Shown: positions 58,701 through 64,000 of the stretch, in pieces | Position numbering within the stretch: position 1 is the first letter of the stretch | How the letters are laid out: every line of letters begins with the position of its first letter | NCBI GenBank assembly: GCA_964016885.1 | Contig: OZ024762.1 | Location: forward strand, 29,450,001 to 29,514,000 | Length of the DNA stretch: 64,000 nt | Direction: 5' to 3' | Source of the DNA: Eledone cirrhosa | Taxonomy: Eukaryota | The notes under the pieces: model-generated | Database searches by the model: none | What the model saw: only the letters and a program-made list of their open reading frames with translations | Told to the model about the DNA's origin: nothing | Made by a program: the position numbers and the translations under genes

Positions 58701-61700
58701 AAGGGTAGAGGGTCAGATGTCAGGTTAGGGTGGTGGGTTGGCAGTAAGGGTAGAGGGTCAGATGTCAGGTTAGGGTGGTGGGTTGGCAGTAAGGGTAGAG
58801 GGTCAGATGTCATGTTAGGGTGGTGGGTTGGCAGTAAGGGTAGAGGGTCAGATGTAATGTTAGGGTGGTGGGTTGGCAGTAAGGGTAGAGGGTCAGACAC
58901 CATGTTAGGGTGGTGGGTTGGCAGTAAGTGTAGAAGTTCAGATGTCATGTTAGGGTGGTGGGTTGGCAGTAAGGGTAGAGGGTCAGATGTCAGGTTAGGG
59001 TGGTGGGTTGTCAGTAAGGGTAGAGGGTCAGATGTCAGGTTAGGGTGGTGGGTTGGCAGTAAGGGTAGAGGGTCAGATGTCAGGTTAGGGTGGTGGGTTG
59101 TCAGTAAGGGTAGAGGGTCAGATGTCAGGTTAGGGTGGTGGGTTGTCAGTAAGGGTAGAGGGTCAGATGTCAGGTTAGGGTGGTGGGTTGGCAGTAAGGG
59201 TAGAGGGTCAGATGTCAGGTTAGGGTGGTGGGTTGGCAGTATTGGTAGAGGGTCAGATGTCAGGTTAGGGTGGTGGGTTGGCAGTATTGGTAGAGGGTCA
59301 GATGCCATGTTAGGGTGGTGTGTTGGCAGTATTGGTAGAGGGTCAGATGTCAGGTTAGGGTGGTGGATTGGCAGTATTGGTAGAGGGTCAGATATCATGT
59401 TAGGGTGGTGGGTTGGCAGTATTGGTAGAGGGTCAGATGTCAGGTTAGGGTGGTGGGTTGGCAGTATTGGTAGAGGGTCAGATGTCAGGTTAGGGTGGTG
59501 GGTTGGTAGTAAGGGTAGAGGGTCAGATGTCATGTTAGGGTGGTGGGTTGGCAGTATTGGTAGAGGGTCAGATGTCATGCTAGGGTGGTGGGTTGGCAGT
59601 AAGGGTAGAGGGTCAGATGTCAGGTTAGGGTGGTGGGTTGGCAGTATTGGTTAGAGGGTCAGATGTCAGGTTAGGGTGGTGGGTTGGTAGTAAGGGTAGA
59701 GGGTCAGATGTCAGGTTAGGGTGGTGGGTTGGCAGTATTGGTAGAGGGTCAGATGTCATGTTAGGGTGGTGGGTTTGCAATATTGGTAGAGGGTCAGATG
59801 TCAGGTTAGGGTGGTGGGTTGGCAGTATTGGTAGAGGGTCAGATGTCAGGTTAGGGAGGTGGTTTGGCAATATTGGTAGAGGGTCAGATGTCAGGTTAGG
59901 GTGGTGGTTTGGCAGTATTGGTAGAGGGTCAGATGTCATGTTAGGGTGGTGGTTTGGCAGTAAGGGTAGAGGGTCAGATGTCATGTTAGGGTGGTGGGTT
60001 GGCAGTAAGGGTAGAGGGTCAGATGTCATGTTAGGGTGGTGGGTTGGCAGTATTGGTAGAGGGTCAGACGCCATGTTAGGGTGGTGGGTTGGCAGTATTG
60101 CTAGAGGGTCAGATGTCATGTTAGGGTGGTGGGTTGGCAGTATTGGTAGAGGGTCAGATGTCATGTTAGGGTGGTGGGTTGGCAGTATTGGTAGAGGGTT
60201 AGATGTCAGGTTAGGGTGGTGGGTTGGCAGTAAGGGTAGAGGGTCAGATGTCAGGTTAGTGTGGTGGGTTGCCAGTATTGGTAGAGGGTCAGATGTCAGG
60301 TTAGGGTGGTGGGTTGGCAGTATTGGTAGAGGGTCAGATGTCAGGTTAGGGTGGTGGGTTGACAGTATTGGTAGAGGGTCAGACGCCATGTTAGGGTGGT
60401 GGGTTGGCAGTATTGGTAGAGGGTCAGATGTCAGGTTAGGGTGGTGGGTTGGCAGTAAGGGTAGAGGGTCAGATGTCAGGTTAGGGTGGTGGGTTGGCAG
60501 TAAGGGTAGAGGGTCAGATGTCAGGTTAGGGTGGTGGGTTGGCAGTATTGGTAGAGGGTCAGATGTCAGGTTAGGGTGGTGGGTTGGCAGTATTGGTAGA
60601 GGGTCAGATGTCAGGTTAGGGTGGTGGGTTGGCAGTATTGGTAGAAGGTCAGATGTCAGGTTAGGGTGGTGGGTTGGCAGTAAGGGTAGAGGGTCAGACA
60701 CCATGTTAGGGTGGTGGGTTGGCGGTAAGGGTAGAGGGTCAGACACCATGTTAGGGTGATGGGTTGGCTGTAAGGGTAGAGGGTCAGATGCCATGTTAGG
60801 GTGGTGGGTTGGCAGTAAGGGTAGAGGGTCAGATGCCATGTTAGGGTGGTGGGTTGGCAGTAAGGGTAGAGGGTCAGATGTCATGTTAGGGTGGTGGTTT
60901 GGCAGTAAGGGTAGAGGGTCAGATGTCAGGTTAGGGTGCTGGGTTGTCAGTAACGGTAGAGGGTCAAATGTCAGGTTAGGGTGGTGGGTTGGCAGTAAGG
61001 GTAGAGGGTCAGATGTCAGGTTAGGGTGGTGGGTTGTCAGTAAGGGTAGAGGGTCAGATGTCAGGTTAGGGTGGTGGGTTGTCAGTAAGGGTAGAGGGTC
61101 AGATGTCAGGTTAGGGTGGTGGGTTGGCAGTAAGGGTAGAGGGTCAGATGTCAGGTTAGGGTGGTGGGTTGGCAGTAAGGGTAGAGGGTCAGATGTCATG
61201 TTAGGGTGGTGGGTTGGCAGTAAGGGTAGAGGGTCAGACACCATGTTAGGGTGGTGGGTTGGCAGTAAGGGTAGAGGGTCAGATGTCATGTTAGGGTGGT
61301 GGGTTGGCAGTAAGGGTAGAGGGTCAGATGTCAGGTTAGGGTGGTGGGTTGTCAGTAAGGGTAGAGGGTCAGATGTCAGGTTAGGGTGGTGGGTTGGCAG
61401 TAAGGGTAGAGGGTCAGATGTCAGGTTAGGGTGGTGGGTTGTCAGTAAGGGTAGAGGGTCAGATGTCATGTTAGGGTGGTGGGTTGTCAGTAAGGGTAGA
61501 CGGTCACATGTCAGGTTAGGGTGGTGGGTTGGCAGTAAGGGTAGAGGGTCAGATTTCAGGTTAGGGTTGTGGGTTGGCAGTAAGGGTAGAGGGTCAGATG
61601 TCAGGTTAGGGTGGTGGGTTGGCAGTAAGGGTAGAGGGTCAGACACCATGTTAGGGTGGTGGGTTGGCAGTATTGGTAGAGGGTCAGATGTCAGGTTAGG

Positions 61701-64000
61701 GTGGTGGGTTGGCAGTATTGGTAGAGGGTCAGATGTCAGGCTACGGTGGTGGGTTGAACGTATTGGTAGAGGGTCAGATGTCAGGTTAGGGTGGTGGGTT
61801 GGCAGTAAGGGTAGAGGGTCAGACACCATGTTAGGGTGGTGGGTTGGCAGTAAGGGTAGAGGGTCAGACACCATGTTAGGGTGATGGGTTGGCAGTAAGG
61901 GTAGAGGGTCAGATGCCATGTTAGGGTGGTGGGTTGGCAGTAAGTGTAGAGGGTCAGATGCCATGTTAGGGTGGTGGGTTGGCAGTAAGGGTAGAGGGTC
62001 AGATGTCATGTTAGGGTGGTGGTTTGGCAGTAAGGGTAGAGGGTCAGATGTCAGGTTAGGGTGGTGGGTTGTCAGTAAGGGTAGAGGGTCAGATGTCAGG
62101 TTAGGGTGGTGGATTGGCAGTAAGGGTAGAGGGTCAGATGTCAGGTTAGGGTGGTGGGTTGTCAGTAAGGGTAGAGGGTCAGATGTCAGGTTAGGGTGGT
62201 GGGTTGTCAGTAAGGATAGAGGGTCAGATGTCATGTTAGGGTGGTGGTTTGGCAGTAAGGGTAGAGGGTCAGATGTCAGGTTAGGGTGGTGGGTTGTCAG
62301 TAAGGGTAGAGGGTCAGATGTCAGGTTAGGGTGGTGGATTGGCAGTAAGGGTAGAGGGTCAGATGTCAGGTTAGGGTGGTGGGTTGGCAGTAAGTGTAGA
62401 GGGTCAGATGTCAGGTTAGGGTGGTGGGTTGGCAGTAAGGGTAGAGGGTCAGATGTCATGTTAGGGTGGTGGGTTGGCAGTAAGGGTAGAGGGTCAGATG
62501 TCATGTTAGGGTGGTGGGTTGGCAGTAAGGGTAGAGGGTCAGACACCATGTTAGGGTGGTGGGTTGGCAGTAAGTGTAGAAGTTCAGATGTCATGTTAGG
62601 GTGGTGGGTTGGCAGTAAGGGTAGAGGGTCAGATGTCAGGTTAGGGTGGTGGCTTGTCAGTAAGGGTAGAGGGTCAGATGTCAGGTTAGGGTGGTGGGTT
62701 GGCATTAAGGGTAGAGGGTCAGATGTCAGGTTAGGGTGGTGGGTTGTCAGTAAGGGTAGAGGGTCAGATGTCAGGTTAGGGTGGTGGGTTGTCAGTAAGG
62801 GTAGAGGGTCAGATGTCAGGTTAGGGTGGTGGGTTGGCAGTAAGGGTAGAGGGTCAGATGTCAGGTTAGGGTGGTGGGTTGGCAGTATTGGTAGAGGGTC
62901 AGATGTCAGGTTAGGGTGGTGGGTTGGCAGTATTGGTAGAGGGTCAGATGCCATGTTAGGGTGGTGTGTTGGCAGTATTGGTAGAGGGTCAGATGTCAGG
63001 TTAGGGTGGTGGATTGGCAGTATTGGTAGAGGGTCAGATGTCATGTTAGGGTGGTGGGTTGGCAGTATTGGTAGAGGGTCAGATGTCAGGTTAGGGTGGT
63101 GGGTTGGCAGTATTGGTAGAGGGTCAGATGTCAGGTTAGGGTGGTGGGTTGGTAGTAAGGGTAGAGGGTCAGATGTCATGTTAGGGTGGTGGGTTGGCAG
63201 TATTGGTAGAGGGTCAGATGTCATGCTAGGGTGGTGGGTTGGCAGTAAGGGTAGAGGGTCAGATGTCAGGTTAGGGTGGTGGGTTGGCCGTATTGGTTAG
63301 AGGGTCAGATGTCAGGTTAGGGTGGTGGGTTGGTAGTAAGGGTAGAGGGTCAGATGTCAGGTTAGGGTGGTGGGTTGGCAGTATTGGTAGAGGGTCAGAT
63401 GTCATGTTAGGGTGGTGGGTTTGCAATATTGGTAGAGGGTCAGATGTCAGGTTAGGGTGGTGGGTTGGCAGTATTGGTAGAGGGTCAGATGTCAGGTTAG
63501 GGAGGTGGTTTGGCAATATTGGTAGAGGGTCAGATGTCAGGTTAGGGTGGTGGTTTGGCAGTATTGGTAGAGGGTCAGATGTCATGTTAGGGTGGTGGTT
63601 TGGCAGTAAGGGTAGAGGGTCAGATGTCATGTTAGGGTGGTGGGTTGGCAGTAAGGGTAGAGGGTCAGATGTCATGTTAGGGTGGTGGGTTGGCAGTATT
63701 GGTAGAGGGTCAGACGCCATGTTATGGTGGTGGGTTGGCAGTATTGGTAGAGGGTCAGATGTCATGTTAGGGTGGTGGGTTGGCAGTATTGGTAGAGGGT
63801 CAGATGTCATGTTAGGGTGGTGGGTTGGCAGTATTGGTAGAGGGTCAGATGTCAGGTTAGGGTGGTGGGTTGGCAGTAAGGGTAGAGGGTCAGATGTCAG
63901 GTTAGTGTGGTGGGTTGCCAGTATTGGTAGAGGGTCAGATGTCAGGTTAGGGTGGTGGGTTGGCAGTATTGGTAGAGGGTTAGATGTCAGGTTAGGGTGG
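52800..64000 (+). repeat. Higher-order repeat of about 3.5-3.8 kb (about 78-84 monomers), three copies with a fourth beginning
   Basis: A T insertion (ATTGGTTAGAG) occurs at 55870, 59651 and 63297, with spacings of 3781 and 3646. AAGTGTAGAAGTTC occurs at 55145, 58926 and 62572. GAACGT occurs at 54509, 58245 and 61756. Confidence 0.9.

Larger units (their letters stand above)
1..64000 (+). repeat. 45-bp G-rich tandem satellite array, head-to-tail, 1422 full monomers plus a 19-bp partial; runs off both window ends
   Basis: Monomer 1-45 = AGATGTCATGTTAGGGTGGTGGGTTGGCAGTAAGGGTAGAGGGTC and the pattern continues on every line. The last AGATG starts at 63982; (63981+9)/45 = 1422 after correcting for the net -9 bp of observed indels. 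Consensus has 20-22 G and only 3 C per 45 bp (GC skew about 0.75). Confidence 0.99.

Noticed and set aside
8-63300. Plus-strand ORFs of [M/R]LGWWVGS[I/K]GRGSDV repeats
   Set aside because: They are the antisense mirror of the same period and are repeatedly broken by TGG to TAG/TGA changes and frameshifts. Their start codons are just the CATG variant of the monomer.
1-64000. CRISPR array or other repeat-spacer system
   Set aside because: There are no unique spacers. The entire 45 bp is repeated with only point variants, and there is no leader or cas gene.
1-64000. True telomere or interstitial (TTAGGG)n tract
   Set aside because: TTAGGG occurs singly per monomer (twice in ten monomers) and never in tandem.
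1-64000. Monomer variant order as an information-bearing code or diversity-generating cassette system
   Set aside because: The order of variants is accounted for by nested duplication and whole-monomer gain or loss. No recombinase, reverse transcriptase, expression site or unique flank is present to support a programmed system.
1-64000. Embedded transposon, inversion, tRNA/rRNA or unique island
   Set aside because: The 45-bp phase is accounted for from base 1 to 64000 with only 1-2 bp indels. No C-rich (inverted) segment or non-repeat sequence was seen.
1-64000. Whole array as a sequencing or assembly artefact, or a synthetic concatemer
   Set aside because: Hierarchically shared variants plus copy-private SNPs are typical of a naturally evolved satellite. 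The exact copy number of the near-identical blocks still needs read validation.

Overview
The whole 64-kb window is one uninterrupted, single-orientation tandem array (satellite or very large minisatellite) of a G-rich 45-bp monomer, consensus AGATGTCA[G/T]GTTAGGGTGGTGGGTTGGCAGTA[AG/TT]GGTAGAGGGTC. Phase tracking gives 1422 complete monomers plus 19 bp. I see only 13 small indels (net -9 bp), and these trace to about six independent events copied by later duplications. There is no unique sequence, gene, RNA gene, transposon or CRISPR array. The long ORFs on both strands follow from the 45 = 15 x 3 period and the monomer's codon content. The informative structure lies inside the array. Each monomer carries a telomeric TTAGGG and parses into degenerate telomere-like subunits. 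A dimorphic AG/TT site adds or removes a fourth G3 tract. One site shows a CpG-deamination-like allele series. Rare variants mark nested multi-kb duplications and a layered organisation: a central block at about 9.8-44.8 kb lies between related flanks, and a ~3.7-kb higher-order repeat runs from about 52 to 64 kb. A eukaryotic telomere-associated or heterochromatic satellite is the most plausible context, but the organism cannot be identified. I found no evidence for a new protein-coding system.
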